A program made the translations under genes and the position numbers. DNA of 64,000 bases from Lachnospiraceae bacterium (GTDB lineage: Bacteria > Bacillota > Clostridia > Lachnospirales > Lachnospiraceae): positions 1,234-65,233 of the forward strand of contig JAZRYR010000026.1 of the NCBI GenBank assembly GCA_045600845.1, given 5' to 3'. The notes beneath the pieces were generated by a model. It saw only the letters and a program-made list of their open reading frames with translations. It was not told the origin of the DNA and did no database searches. Shown piece by piece: positions 19,484-29,052 of this stretch. Positions within the stretch are counted from its first letter, which is position 1; the number at the start of each line of letters is the position of its first letter.

Positions 19484-19635
19484 TTTTTTATAAACAATTA
19501 TTTCAATCAAGCATAAATAATGTTATAAAATATTAATAAAGTCATCAAAAAAATAAGATGATAGAAAAAGCCGTAAATATATTCGTAGTATATACGAATT
19601 TTAAAATAATGAATTATTATGAGGTCAGGAAAAGT

Positions 19636-20211
19636 ATGTCGATTTATTTTGTTCGCCATGGAGAATCAGAAGCAAATGTTGGTCTGATTGTAGGAATGGA
19701 TATGCCGCTTACCGAAAAAGGAAAAAAGCAGGCGGAGAATATCCGTCCGATTATCCACTCTATTAAAGCAGATGAATTCTTCAGTTCCACAAAAATCCGT
19801 GCGATTCAAACTGCAGAAATAGCAACGGAAAATAAGAAACCTATCACGCATTTACATGTTTTTGACGAAACTTATTTTGGTTCCTTTGAAGGAGCAAATC
19901 CAGACGATGGAAAGGATTCGCCTTCCGTAATCCCTCGATTAGCGAAAAATCCATATATCATTCAAACAGAATTTGGCGGAGATAATTTTCTGGATAGAGC
20001 AAAAGAAGTAGAACAATTTCTTCTAAGCTATCCAGAAGACAGAACTTGTCTGATTTTTGCTCATGATTCTCTGTTGAGAGCATTGATCACGTATATGAAA
20101 ACTGGTGATATCTATGGAATGTCTGATTTAAGAATTCATAATTGTGAAATACTGAAATTTGATAAAATGCCGGATCAAACGTTTCATATCACCCCTCGTT
20201 TTGGAGAATAA
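19636..20211 (+). CDS. Histidine phosphatase family protein (phosphoglycerate-mutase-like)
   Basis: MSIYFVRHGESEANVG contains the RHG catalytic motif. The ATG at 19636 is the first start consistent with the family N-terminus; the ORF track starts at 19558. Confidence 0.8.
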   Translation: MSIYFVRHGESEANVGLIVGMDMPLTEKGKKQAENIRPIIHSIKADEFFSSTKIRAIQTAEIATENKKPITHLHVFDETYFGSFEGANPDDGKDSPSVIPRLAKNPYIIQTEFGGDNFLDRAKEVEQFLLSYPEDRTCLIFAHDSLLRALITYMKTGDIYGMSDLRIHNCEILKFDKMPDQTFHITPRFGE

Positions 20212-20333
20212 AACCTGGCATAAATCGAAATATCCTTTTTCTATATTATCTCGTATAAACGAATACCAAAGGCATATTTTGAGAAAATTATACTATAATC
20301 GGTATGGATACTATAACGAAAGGCAGCAATAAT

Positions 20334-22055
20334 ATGAAAAGAAAGATCTTAATCAACGGAAAAATTTATACAGAAGATCAACGAAATCCTTGGGCTGAGG
20401 CGGTTGCGATCGATGATAAGCACTTTGCCTGTGTAGGAAAAAATAAAGAAGTAATCGCCTATGCAAAATTTCATTGGAATACAGATTTTGAATGGATTGA
20501 TCTCGGCGGAAAGACCGTGCTTCCTGGATTAATCGAAGGACATACGCACCCGGCAATGATGTCGAAATCTGCCTGGGTCCTTCATGGCGCAGAAACAGAA
20601 AATGAAGACGATATGTATGAAGACATTAAAAAATTTGCGGTGCTTTATCCGAAAGAGAAGCTCCCATATTTTGTTTATACTCGTTATCTGAATGAATGGT
20701 TCGGCCCAGAAGGTCCAAATAACAAGCGTCTGAACAAGATAATTTCGGATCGTCCTGCTCGCATCGAGGACAACAGTGGTCACGGTTGCCTCTACAACGA
20801 TGTTGCACTGGAAATGCTGAAGGACGAAAATGGCATTCCTCGCAACAGTAGCCCAATTGCAGAACCTTATTTTGTGAAGGATGAGGATGGAAACTACACC
20901 GGGTGGGCACAACAGGCTCTACTTCCGAAAGATGACGGGATTTATCAGAAATCCGGTTTTCATTACCCGGATGCGATGAGTGATGAGCTGTCCGGGGAAA
21001 TCTTTGACACCTTTCATCATTATGGCATTATGGTATGCATGGATGGTGTTACCGAAACAGAGGGCGATATCCGATATCTTTACGAAAAGGATTTAAATGG
21101 AAACCTGAATATAAACTATGAAGCTACCTGCGTTCTTCCTGTCATGAACGATGAAGCTATTGAAAAAACCATAGCAAAGATTCGCGACTGGCAGAAAAAG
21201 TACACCACCGATCATATTAATTGCAATATTATGAAATATTTTATTGATGGGTCGATTGAGTTTGGCGATGTTCTTACAGTTGAGCCATTTATCGACGATC
21301 CCGAGGGTCAGAATTGTGGCACTGGCTGCCACTGCACGGTGGAGGAAATGACGAACCTAATGGTACGTCTTAACAAAGAAAGGATTGACCTCCATATCCA
21401 TTGTGTCAGCGACGGTGGTCTGCGCATAATATGTGATGCCTGTGAAGCTGCGCAAAAAATATGTGGTGACGACTGGTGTATCTATGTTACCGCTGCCCAT
21501 TGCGAGATTATCCATCCAAATGAAATCCACCGTATCCATGAGTTAGGTATTTTCATGGATACCACGCCGATCTGGAGTGGTATGGGTTCAGCAACACATT
21601 TAGCTAAACTTGGGTATGAACGTTGGAGTAGGCTACATGTCTATACCGATATTATCGCGGATGGCGAACACGTCGGATTTTCAAGTGATGTCATTGAGGC
21701 TACAGAGAAAAAACTTCTCAATCCATTCACCGGTATCCAAGTCGGTATCACCCGACTTTTTCCAGGTGATATCGATGAAATCGATCATGACCGCTATTAT
21801 GAAGATGGGGGCCGACCACCAAAAAGTGGTCGACTTACACTGGAGCAGATGATTCACGGATATACTGTTACCAACTCCATTCGTATGCGTCTGAACCATC
21901 GTCTTGGATCCATTGAAGTTGGCAAAGATGCAAATTTAGTCGTACTATGTGAAGATATCTTCACTATGAATCCGGAAGACATTTGGAATATTGACACCGA
22001 ATATGTGTATTTTGAAGGAAAAGAAATAGTCAATACAAGCAAAATTCGACGATAA
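20334..22055 (+). CDS. Amidohydrolase family metal-dependent hydrolase (YtcJ-like)
   Basis: The N-terminus KILINGKIYTED...VLPGLIEGHTHP carries the HxH metal motif. The C-terminus GSIEVGKDANLVVL is typical of amidohydrolase-3 proteins. Confidence 0.8.
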   Translation: MKRKILINGKIYTEDQRNPWAEAVAIDDKHFACVGKNKEVIAYAKFHWNTDFEWIDLGGKTVLPGLIEGHTHPAMMSKSAWVLHGAETENEDDMYEDIKKFAVLYPKEKLPYFVYTRYLNEWFGPEGPNNKRLNKIISDRPARIEDNSGHGCLYNDVALEMLKDENGIPRNSSPIAEPYFVKDEDGNYTGWAQQALLPKDDGIYQKSGFHYPDAMSDELSGEIFDTFHHYGIMVCMDGVTETEGDIRYLYEKDLNGNLNINYEATCVLPVMNDEAIEKTIAKIRDWQKKYTTDHINCNIMKYFIDGSIEFGDVLTVEPFIDDPEGQNCGTGCHCTVEEMTNLMVRLNKERIDLHIHCVSDGGLRIICDACEAAQKICGDDWCIYVTAAHCEIIHPNEIHRIHELGIFMDTTPIWSGMGSATHLAKLGYERWSRLHVYTDIIADGEHVGFSSDVIEATEKKLLNPFTGIQVGITRLFPGDIDEIDHDRYYEDGGRPPKSGRLTLEQMIHGYTVTNSIRMRLNHRLGSIEVGKDANLVVLCEDIFTMNPEDIWNIDTEYVYFEGKEIVNTSKIRR

Positions 22056-22090
22056 CTCATGTATTTGATTTGTCAAAGGAAGATTGGAAA

Positions 22091-22221
22091 ATGAAAAATA
22101 AAGTAAAATGTAATAATGGAAATTTCATTGGTATGGTGCTGAACTTCCGTATTTATTTGATAATGGTTTCAATCATTTTGAAGAAGTCGTATATCCTAAA
22201 AACGAGTTTGTTAAACTCTAG
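22091..22221 (+). pseudogene. Possible heavily deleted carboxylesterase (type B) remnant
   Basis: Frame A reads MKNKVKCNNGNFIG, like the esterase N-terminus (xVxTxxGxVxG). The adjacent frame reads YGAELPYLFDNGFNHFEEV...*, like the conserved C-terminal H-x-x-ELPYVFGN segment. The two are joined with a frameshift. This is speculative. Confidence 0.25.
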
Positions 22222-22256
22222 AAAATAATAGATTAAATGAAAAGGAGAAACAGAAA

Positions 22257-22586
22257 ATGAATGATAATTTTGCAAACGATATTATGAACAATGAAGAATT
22301 TAAGGAAAAAGTAAGCAAGGTACAATCAAAAGAAGAATACATAAAATTGCTTAAGGAGTATTCTATTTCTGAATCTGATTTCGGGGAAGTTAAAGATGAT
22401 GAACTTGAAAAAGTAAGTGGTGGAAAAAGTATAATTGATGTAATTGAAGAACATACTTTTACAGCTTTTCAATGTACGGAATGTAAATATACTAGAAGCA
22501 GACAAGGTTATTGGCTTCCAACAATTGAAGAATGTCCGAAATGCCATAAAGAAACATTTCATGCAAAACAAGTCTTTTTTGCATAA
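22257..22586 (+). CDS. Nif11-like / double-glycine leader peptide fused to a 53-aa CxxC-x16-CxxC core (candidate exported peptide or RiPP precursor)
   Basis: An SD (AAAGGAGAAA) precedes the ATG. The leader reads EEFKEKVSKVQSKEEYIKLLKEY.ISESDFGEVKDDELEKVSGG. Relative to the GG at nt 22419-22424, hydrophobic residues sit at -4, -7, -12 and -15 and Glu at -8. The core contains CTEC...CPKC. Confidence 0.7.
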   Translation: MNDNFANDIMNNEEFKEKVSKVQSKEEYIKLLKEYSISESDFGEVKDDELEKVSGGKSIIDVIEEHTFTAFQCTECKYTRSRQGYWLPTIEECPKCHKETFHAKQVFFA

Positions 22587-22809
22587 ATTTAACGATTGCA
22601 TATAAGCTCCTTTTTTTTGAATATTTCTTTTCACTATTTTTATACGGATTAATAAACGTAATGACTAATGTTTTGGTACTGTTATTTTGCCTGAATTTTT
22701 CTTAAAAATAGTATAAATGAGGAACCGATTTTTTTTAAGTCGATACAAAGCTTATATACTTAAATTATTTAAATATAAAGTGTATTTTTATGAGCCCCGA
22801 TCAAAAATA

Positions 22810-23877
22810 TCACGTGCTTTCGGTATGATCTTCGCGTAATGAGACCATATTTCGGGCCATACGACGTCTTTCATCTTCAATCGCTGCGTAATGCTTTTTT
22901 GTCGTGTTAACGTCAGAATGGCCTAATACGTCGGCCACAAGGTAAATGTCTCCGGTTTCCTTATAAAGCTGTGTACCATAGGTGCTTCGAAGCTTATGAG
23001 GAGTTATTTTCTTAAGCTGCGTTACCTGGCCGGCATATTTTTTTACCAGCCTTTCCACACTTTTTACCGTAATGCGACGTTTCTGCATCGATAAAAAGAG
23101 AGCATTTTCATAACCAGTCATTGGTATTATTCCATTACGTTCCCGGATGTAGTTCAAAAGAGCATCTTCCACTTCATCCCCAAAATAAACTACAACCTGA
23201 TTACCACCTTTTCTGGTAATACGAATACCATGATTTTTAAAATCCACATCATTAAGATCTAAGCCAACACATTCAGAAACACGAATTCCGGTTCCCAGAA
23301 GCAATGTGACAATTGCGAGATCCCTTACTTTAGTCTTATCATGGAAGTTTTGTTCCTGTTTTGTCATATTTTTTCCATTTTCAACAACATCCAGCAGATC
23401 TTCCACTTCATCTTTATCCAGTCGAACAATCTCTTTTTCATGCAGTTTCGGCATTTGGATAATCTGAGCCGGATTATTTTTGATCATTTCCATCCGGTAA
23501 AAATAATTATACATGGAGCGAAGAGAGGAGAGCTTTCTCATAAGCCCTCGTTCCGAGTTCGTGCATTCTACATCTTCATCATTATTGTAAACTTTCAGAT
23601 AATCCATATAGTCCTGAATAATCGATGGCGTAATTTTATCCAGAATATTAATACGATACTCCGTAATTTCCTTATCTTGTCCTAAACCAGTTTCATTTTT
23701 AATATAAGTAAAGAAAACCTTTAAATCAAAAGCATAAGCCATTCTGGTACGGGCAGAGGTCGTTGGCTCAATCCCTCGGAAAAAAGCAGATGCAAAGGCA
23801 GGTAATTCTTTGCATTTTTCTCTTAATTTCAGGTTTGTATCTATTTTAAACTGATCATGATAACTTCTATTTGACAT
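22810..23877 (-). CDS. Tyrosine-type site-specific recombinase (Xer-like)
   Basis: It has an N-terminal SAM-like core-binding domain. Catalytic signatures are GTGIRVSE (Arg), HKLRSTYGT (HxxR) and LGHSDVNTTKKHY (His...Tyr). It lies 22 nt downstream of the ttcA-like gene on the same strand. Confidence 0.85.
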   Translation of the reverse strand: MSNRSYHDQFKIDTNLKLREKCKELPAFASAFFRGIEPTTSARTRMAYAFDLKVFFTYIKNETGLGQDKEITEYRINILDKITPSIIQDYMDYLKVYNNDEDVECTNSERGLMRKLSSLRSMYNYFYRMEMIKNNPAQIIQMPKLHEKEIVRLDKDEVEDLLDVVENGKNMTKQEQNFHDKTKVRDLAIVTLLLGTGIRVSECVGLDLNDVDFKNHGIRITRKGGNQVVVYFGDEVEDALLNYIRERNGIIPMTGYENALFLSMQKRRITVKSVERLVKKYAGQVTQLKKITPHKLRSTYGTQLYKETGDIYLVADVLGHSDVNTTKKHYAAIEDERRRMARNMVSLREDHTEST

Positions 23878-23899
23878 AATCTCACCTTACATAAGAAAA

Positions 23900-24649
23900 T
23901 TATTTGTTACTTTCTTGGTCTGAACCAGAACTAATTGGTTTCTTATAAGAGGGTACCGTCTCCAGAATCGCCCGATACATACGTTCTTTCGCACCCGGAT
24001 GATCCCTGTTTAGCTGATTTGCAAGTTCTTTCGCGTATTGACGTTTCGTTTCTCCGTCCACAGGACATGGATTCTTCAGTACCGGAATCTCATATTTATT
24101 AGCAAAACCAATAATATCCGCTTCCTCTACATACATTAACGGACGGATAAGCGTTAAATCCATCCGATCTAAATAAGTAACCGGGGAAAAAGAGTAGAAA
24201 CGCCCCTCAAAAATTAAAGAGAGTAGCATAGTATCGACAATATCATCTTTATGATGACCAAACGCCGTTTTATTACAGCCATGTTCCTTCGCCAGAGAAT
24301 TCAGAGCCCCTTTCCGCATTTTTGCGCATAAGGAACATGGATTTTTTTCTTTCCGTTCATCAAAAATAATAGAGGAAATATCCGTTTTTGCTACATAGTA
24401 TGGAACGTCTAATTTTTTGCAGAATTCCTCTATTTTTTCAAAATTAATATTTCCAAAGCCAAGATCGACACTGAGGGCTTCCATTTCATATTTTTTTGGA
24501 TAAAAACGTTGCAGTTCTTTCATACAATATAGAAGTGCCAGGGAATCCTTTCCTCCGGAAACGCCGATAGCAATCTTATCACCATCATCAATCATGGAAT
24601 AATCATCCAAAGCCCGTCTCGCATAACTCATCAGCTGCTGAAGTTTCAT
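23900..24649 (-). CDS. TtcA-family tRNA 2-thiocytidine synthetase-like PP-loop ATPase
   Basis: It has the PP-loop GVSGGKDS and the Cys motif NPCSLCAKMRKG. Confidence 0.8.
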   Translation of the reverse strand: MKLQQLMSYARRALDDYSMIDDGDKIAIGVSGGKDSLALLYCMKELQRFYPKKYEMEALSVDLGFGNINFEKIEEFCKKLDVPYYVAKTDISSIIFDERKEKNPCSLCAKMRKGALNSLAKEHGCNKTAFGHHKDDIVDTMLLSLIFEGRFYSFSPVTYLDRMDLTLIRPLMYVEEADIIGFANKYEIPVLKNPCPVDGETKRQYAKELANQLNRDHPGAKERMYRAILETVPSYKKPISSGSDQESNK

Positions 24650-24804
24650 TTTTTCATCTCATTTCTATTGGGAGCAGTGCGCCGGATTTTTCAAAATCCT
24701 TGCTATACTGCAATTAATATGGTAATTTTACATAAATTGAACTTGTCTTCAAAGAACACTTTAACGACATCATTATATATCGAAAAAGAGGAGGATGCAA
24801 GTAT

Positions 24805-24843
24805 AAAAAAGCTGAAAACGCTGTATTTTACAGGGTTTTCAGC
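24805..24843 (-). terminator. Rho-independent terminator overlapping the rluD stop codon
   Basis: On the minus strand GCTGAAAAC pairs with GTTTTCAGC (24811-24819 and 24835-24843), followed by TTTTTT. Confidence 0.6.
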
Positions 24844-25748
24844 AATTCCTCAAAGTATTCCGGACGTTTTGCTTCAAATTCCATATAATTCATCGTTGTT
24901 GGATGAACAAATCCTAAGATTTTTGCATGTAAGGATTGTCCTTGAAGTTGTTCGCCGTTTAATTTAAATTCTGCTGGCTTTCCGCCGTATGTAACATCTC
25001 CCAGAACGGGATGTCCTTTGCTGGCCATATGAACACGGATCTGATGGGTTCTTCCGGTTTCCAGCACACATTCAATCAAGGTTGTTTTAGAAAACTCCTG
25101 AAGGACTTTGTAATGTGTTACCGCAGGTTTTCCATTTGATGTTATAGCCATCAGCTTCCGGTCGTTCGGTTTTCGTCCAATGTTACCGGAAATAATGCCT
25201 TCGGGCTCTTTAAACTTTCCAACAACAATCGCTTCGTATTTTCGCGTTATGGAATGTTCTTTCAGCTGTTCCGCTAGATTTCGATGCGCCAGATCGTTTT
25301 TTGCACAAATAATGACGCCTGTCGTATCCTTATCGATTCTATGAACAATTCCAGGCCTTAAGACACCGTTAATGCCAGATAGATCTTTACAATGATATAA
25401 TAACGCATTTACGATAGTTCCACTGTAATGCCCAGGCGCAGGATGAACCACCATGCCTTTCGGTTTATTGACCAAAATTACGTCTTCATCTTCATAAAGT
25501 ATATCTAAAGGAATATTTTCCGGTTTGATTTCCAATTCAATGCTTTCCGGAACATCAAAACAAATTACATCGTCAATTTTGACTTTGTAATTTGCTTTAC
25601 AGCTTTTATCATTGACAAATAAACAGCCGTCTTTAATCAATTTCTGAATGTAGCTTCGGGAAAATTCTTCCGACTGTTCTGCCAAAAATCGGTCAATTCT
25701 TAAGCCTTCATATTCATCCGGAACATTGTATACAATCTTGCCCATCAC
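24828..25748 (-). CDS. rluD: 23S rRNA pseudouridine synthase, RluD subfamily
   Basis: It has an S4 N-terminus, the catalytic motif VHRIDKDTTGVIICAKN, and GRTHQIRVHMASKGHPVLGD. It sits in the conserved lspA-rluD pair. Confidence 0.85.
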   Translation of the reverse strand: MMGKIVYNVPDEYEGLRIDRFLAEQSEEFSRSYIQKLIKDGCLFVNDKSCKANYKVKIDDVICFDVPESIELEIKPENIPLDILYEDEDVILVNKPKGMVVHPAPGHYSGTIVNALLYHCKDLSGINGVLRPGIVHRIDKDTTGVIICAKNDLAHRNLAEQLKEHSITRKYEAIVVGKFKEPEGIISGNIGRKPNDRKLMAITSNGKPAVTHYKVLQEFSKTTLIECVLETGRTHQIRVHMASKGHPVLGDVTYGGKPAEFKLNGEQLQGQSLHAKILGFVHPTTMNYMEFEAKRPEYFEELLKTL

Positions 25749-26320
25749 TATTTTTCCTTTTTCGATGAAAAAATATTAAAATTCGGATCCTCTTTGTATA
25801 CAAAAAGGAAAAAGATTACAAGAAAAATTGCACTGCAGGTTACACAGATATCTGCAAAATTAAAAATAGGGAAATTAATAAATTTGAAATAAATGAAATC
25901 CACAACATAGTTATGTGCAATTCTGTCAATAAAATTACCGATTGCTCCCGCACCTAAAACAGCTAGCGTATAATTTAAAAAAATGCCACTTTTAAAAGTT
26001 TTCGGTGCAAATAAGGATTTATCTAACAACAGATATTGATTTAAGCGATTTCGGACACGGAACCAAACAAAAATAACAACTGCCAAAACGATTACTGTTA
26101 TAATGTAAAACAAAATCTGTCTGTTTTTCATAAATCCGAAGGCCGCGCCATTATTTTCCAGATATTGAAATTCAATCACATTTTTAATAAAAGGAACGTT
26201 TGGCTTACCTTTCAAAGTCTGCACTACCCAGAATTTCGTTAATTGATCAATCACTAATAAAAGAACAAATAAAATAATCTGAATAATCGAATGTTTTTTT
26301 ATCTTATTTGCAAATTCCAT
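25748..26320 (-). CDS. lspA: Signal peptidase II (lipoprotein signal peptidase)
   Basis: Motifs NNGAAFGF and FNFADICVT are present, and there are four TM segments. Confidence 0.9.
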   Translation of the reverse strand: MEFANKIKKHSIIQIILFVLLLVIDQLTKFWVVQTLKGKPNVPFIKNVIEFQYLENNGAAFGFMKNRQILFYIITVIVLAVVIFVWFRVRNRLNQYLLLDKSLFAPKTFKSGIFLNYTLAVLGAGAIGNFIDRIAHNYVVDFIYFKFINFPIFNFADICVTCSAIFLVIFFLFVYKEDPNFNIFSSKKEK

Positions 26321-26363
26321 TTTAGCAAATTCCCTTTTCGCTCTACTCTGCGAATTCTTTCTT

Positions 26364-26402
26364 AAAAAAATTTAGCTGCCTCTCGTTTCCGATAGGCAGC
26401 CA
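26364..26402 (-). terminator. Rho-independent terminator after sepF
   Basis: On the minus strand GCTGCCT pairs with AGGCAGC (26375-26381 and 26394-26400), followed by AAATTTTTTT. Confidence 0.65.
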
Positions 26403-26421
26403 AAAAATCGTTTAATTTCAT

Positions 26422-26955
26422 TTACAGTAATGGTGACTTAAATCCTGTAATATCAAAAGAACTGTCATCGCCGCCAATTAAGTCCTGAAAATCACCGGAA
26501 ATATCAATGGATTCCGGAGTTGCAATAAAGATGTAGTTTGAAATCTTCTGAAGATTTCCATCTAATGCATAGCAAGAACCGGAAATAAAATCGATAATAC
26601 GCTGTGAAATTTCAACATGAAGACCTTCAAAGTTAATAATTACAGCTTTTCCATCTAATAAAGTTTCTGTAATCTCACGAGAGTCTTCGATAGATGATGG
26701 TTTAAATACACATACTTCATGCTGACTCAGTTTATTGTTGGAACGAGGAATGATTGGTTTTACCGGTTTCGGTACACTCTTCGGTTTCTCTTCGAATACT
26801 TTTTCCTTTTTCTTTGGAGCTGGCTCATTGAATTCTTCTTCGTCATAGAATTCATCATCTTCTATGTATTCATCTTCATACTCATAATCGTCATCGTAAT
26901 TATCTTCTTCTTTAATGTTAAAAGCTCCTAAAAATTTATCGCTGAATTTTCCCAT
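26422..26955 (-). CDS. sepF: Cell division protein SepF
   Basis: An acidic low-complexity linker precedes the conserved C-terminal domain VCVFKPSSIEDSREITETLLDGKAVIINFEGL...QRIIDFISG. It is adjacent to yggS. Confidence 0.85.
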   Translation of the reverse strand: MGKFSDKFLGAFNIKEEDNYDDDYEYEDEYIEDDEFYDEEEFNEPAPKKKEKVFEEKPKSVPKPVKPIIPRSNNKLSQHEVCVFKPSSIEDSREITETLLDGKAVIINFEGLHVEISQRIIDFISGSCYALDGNLQKISNYIFIATPESIDISGDFQDLIGGDDSSFDITGFKSPLL

Positions 26956-26965
26956 GATAACTCCT

Positions 26966-27664
26966 TTATATTATATTATAATTTCTTGCGCCAAAAATAC
27001 TGGTTCCAACCCGAACGATGTTCGCTCCCTCATTTATGGCAACAATAAAATCTCCACTCATACCCATTGAGAGGAAATCCATAGAAATATTATCTATGTT
27101 TCGACTTTCAATGTCAATAGATAAATGTCTTAAATTCGCAAAGTATCCCCTTACCTCTTCCGGCTCGTCAGTCTGCGGAGCAATTGTCATTAATCCTTTT
27201 ACTTTAATATTTTTTAACTTGGAAATTTCCTTTACCAGTTCCATTGCTTCAGTTTTATCTGTTCCAAATTTAGATTCTTCCCCGGCAATATTTACTTCAA
27301 CCAGAATATCCGTAATAACGCCTGCTTTTTTGGATTCTTTATCAATTTCTTCCGCCAATCTCAAAGAATCTACGGAATGGATCAGATAAGTCTTTCCAAT
27401 AATCTGTTTCACTTTATTTCTTTGAAGGTGGCCGATCAGATGCCAACGAATATCCCGTGGCAAAACATCAATTTTTGTCATCAATTCCTGGACTTTATTC
27501 TCACCAAAATCACGGATTCCTGCATCATAAGCTTCTTGAATATCCTCTGCCGGATGAGTCTTGCTTACCGCAACTAAGGTGACTTTCTGACCATACTTGC
27601 TGTTTTTTTCCGCTTCTTCAATTTGACTTTTAACTTTTTCTAAATTTTCCTTAATCCCACTCAT
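26966..27664 (-). CDS. yggS: YggS-family pyridoxal-phosphate homeostasis protein
   Basis: VTLVAVSKTHP contains the PLP lysine. GENKVQE, HLIGHLQRNK and LSMGMSGDF are also present. Confidence 0.9.
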   Translation of the reverse strand: MSGIKENLEKVKSQIEEAEKNSKYGQKVTLVAVSKTHPAEDIQEAYDAGIRDFGENKVQELMTKIDVLPRDIRWHLIGHLQRNKVKQIIGKTYLIHSVDSLRLAEEIDKESKKAGVITDILVEVNIAGEESKFGTDKTEAMELVKEISKLKNIKVKGLMTIAPQTDEPEEVRGYFANLRHLSIDIESRNIDNISMDFLSMGMSGDFIVAINEGANIVRVGTSIFGARNYNII

Positions 27665-29052
27665 CGGTTTATTATATCGTTTTCCTTTACTTTTGATGCA
27701 TTTTTTACAATCTGTTCAAATAAATTAATCCTGCTTGTAACCGGATCCACAATATAAAAGCTATTGTTTTCACCGATAATATCTACATTCCGGAAAGTTG
27801 CATATCCAGCCCTTGCAACCAGAACTCCTTGCAAGTTTTCTTTTGCGCCAACCTGATATCTGCTGTCACTGTCATTCTTTATTAAAACATCCCCATCCGA
27901 AAAATCATCGGTGCCGACATAGCAATATTGATCCGTTTTTTTAACGATGGCTGGAGTAACAAAGACTATAGATGTACTTCCATCTTCTAATATCACCTCT
28001 TTGTTGAAGCCGTAATCTGAGGAATTCCCACCCTGGGACAAATACTCAACAGGTATTGTATAGTACTGTTTTTCGGTGATTGCCGTTTTCGGTACTTTAA
28101 TTCCTTTTTTTGTATTGTCAATTATGGAAATCGGAGTGTATCGTTCCGTAACATAGCGGATCATATATTTATTAAGGGTAAGAACACCATAAGTATTCCC
28201 CGCTTTCGTAAACATCTCAAAAGCGGCATCTGCAACAATATTGTCTTTTAAAAACTGAATCGTTAAATAATCCGTGTTTTCAAAAACCGTTGGATCCGAA
28301 ATCTGGAAAATCAAATTCCATTTTTCTGAAGTAACAACCTTATAAACAGGGCTGCCCTCTTCTACTAAATCGTTGGATTTAATTATATTTTTCTGGTAAT
28401 CGGATTTGTTAAATGAAGAGGTTTCTACCATGTCTGGCTTTATGTTTTCAAATCCATCAATATGGTGAAGCATAATTCCGGAAATATCGGAAGATACAAT
28501 CTTATACGCATTTTCCCCAGAACTAGACAAATCCGCATTGATACTCTCAAATACGCTGCTGTTGATCAGCTCCAGAATCTGTGATTCGACTTTATATTTG
28601 TAATTGTAAATATCATAATAGTGTTCTTCCCGGAAAGAAGTGTCAAAATCATATAGTCCGGAACGAATCTTAGAAAGATTGGCATCACTGAGAATTGATT
28701 GATCCTTTGCCGCTTTTTCTAACATGGACGAAATTTCACCGGTCCCATCCACAACATAAGTCTGCTGGCTGGCATGGATATTGGTTGCATCACCAACAAA
28801 AAAGTTTATATAACCGGAACCGGCGGAATTAACGATGGTTTCCTCCCGGAGAATCAATGCATTATATTGACCTTCATAACGGCTGGCGGTCTGACCAACA
28901 GATGCTTCATATATTTCCGTTCTTCCGTTAAAAAGATAGATACAAAAATTAACAACTAAATACAGGATTATTATCGCACATACAATGATCCCTATATTTA
29001 GTTGCCTCTTTTTATTATTTGATTTATCTTCAGGATAATTATCTTTTGACAT
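27661..29052 (-). CDS. Single-pass membrane protein of unknown function (possibly HlyD/barrel-sandwich-like)
   Basis: At 463 aa it has an N-terminal TM (IGIIVCAIIILYLVVNFCIYLF) and a large beta-rich extracytoplasmic part. Both ends are translationally coupled (TAATG at 29052, ATGA at 27661-27664). Confidence 0.5.
   Translation of the reverse strand: MSKDNYPEDKSNNKKRQLNIGIIVCAIIILYLVVNFCIYLFNGRTEIYEASVGQTASRYEGQYNALILREETIVNSAGSGYINFFVGDATNIHASQQTYVVDGTGEISSMLEKAAKDQSILSDANLSKIRSGLYDFDTSFREEHYYDIYNYKYKVESQILELINSSVFESINADLSSSGENAYKIVSSDISGIMLHHIDGFENIKPDMVETSSFNKSDYQKNIIKSNDLVEEGSPVYKVVTSEKWNLIFQISDPTVFENTDYLTIQFLKDNIVADAAFEMFTKAGNTYGVLTLNKYMIRYVTERYTPISIIDNTKKGIKVPKTAITEKQYYTIPVEYLSQGGNSSDYGFNKEVILEDGSTSIVFVTPAIVKKTDQYCYVGTDDFSDGDVLIKNDSDSRYQVGAKENLQGVLVARAGYATFRNVDIIGENNSFYIVDPVTSRINLFEQIVKNASKVKENDIINR

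Noticed and set aside
22810-23877. The tyrosine recombinase as a marker of an integrated prophage or ICE
   Set aside because: There are no phage or conjugation genes and no tRNA or att-like repeats nearby. It lies 22 nt downstream of, and is co-oriented with, the housekeeping ttcA-like gene. A Xer-like chromosomal recombinase is more likely. It does, however, border the variable patch at 20.2-22.8 kb.
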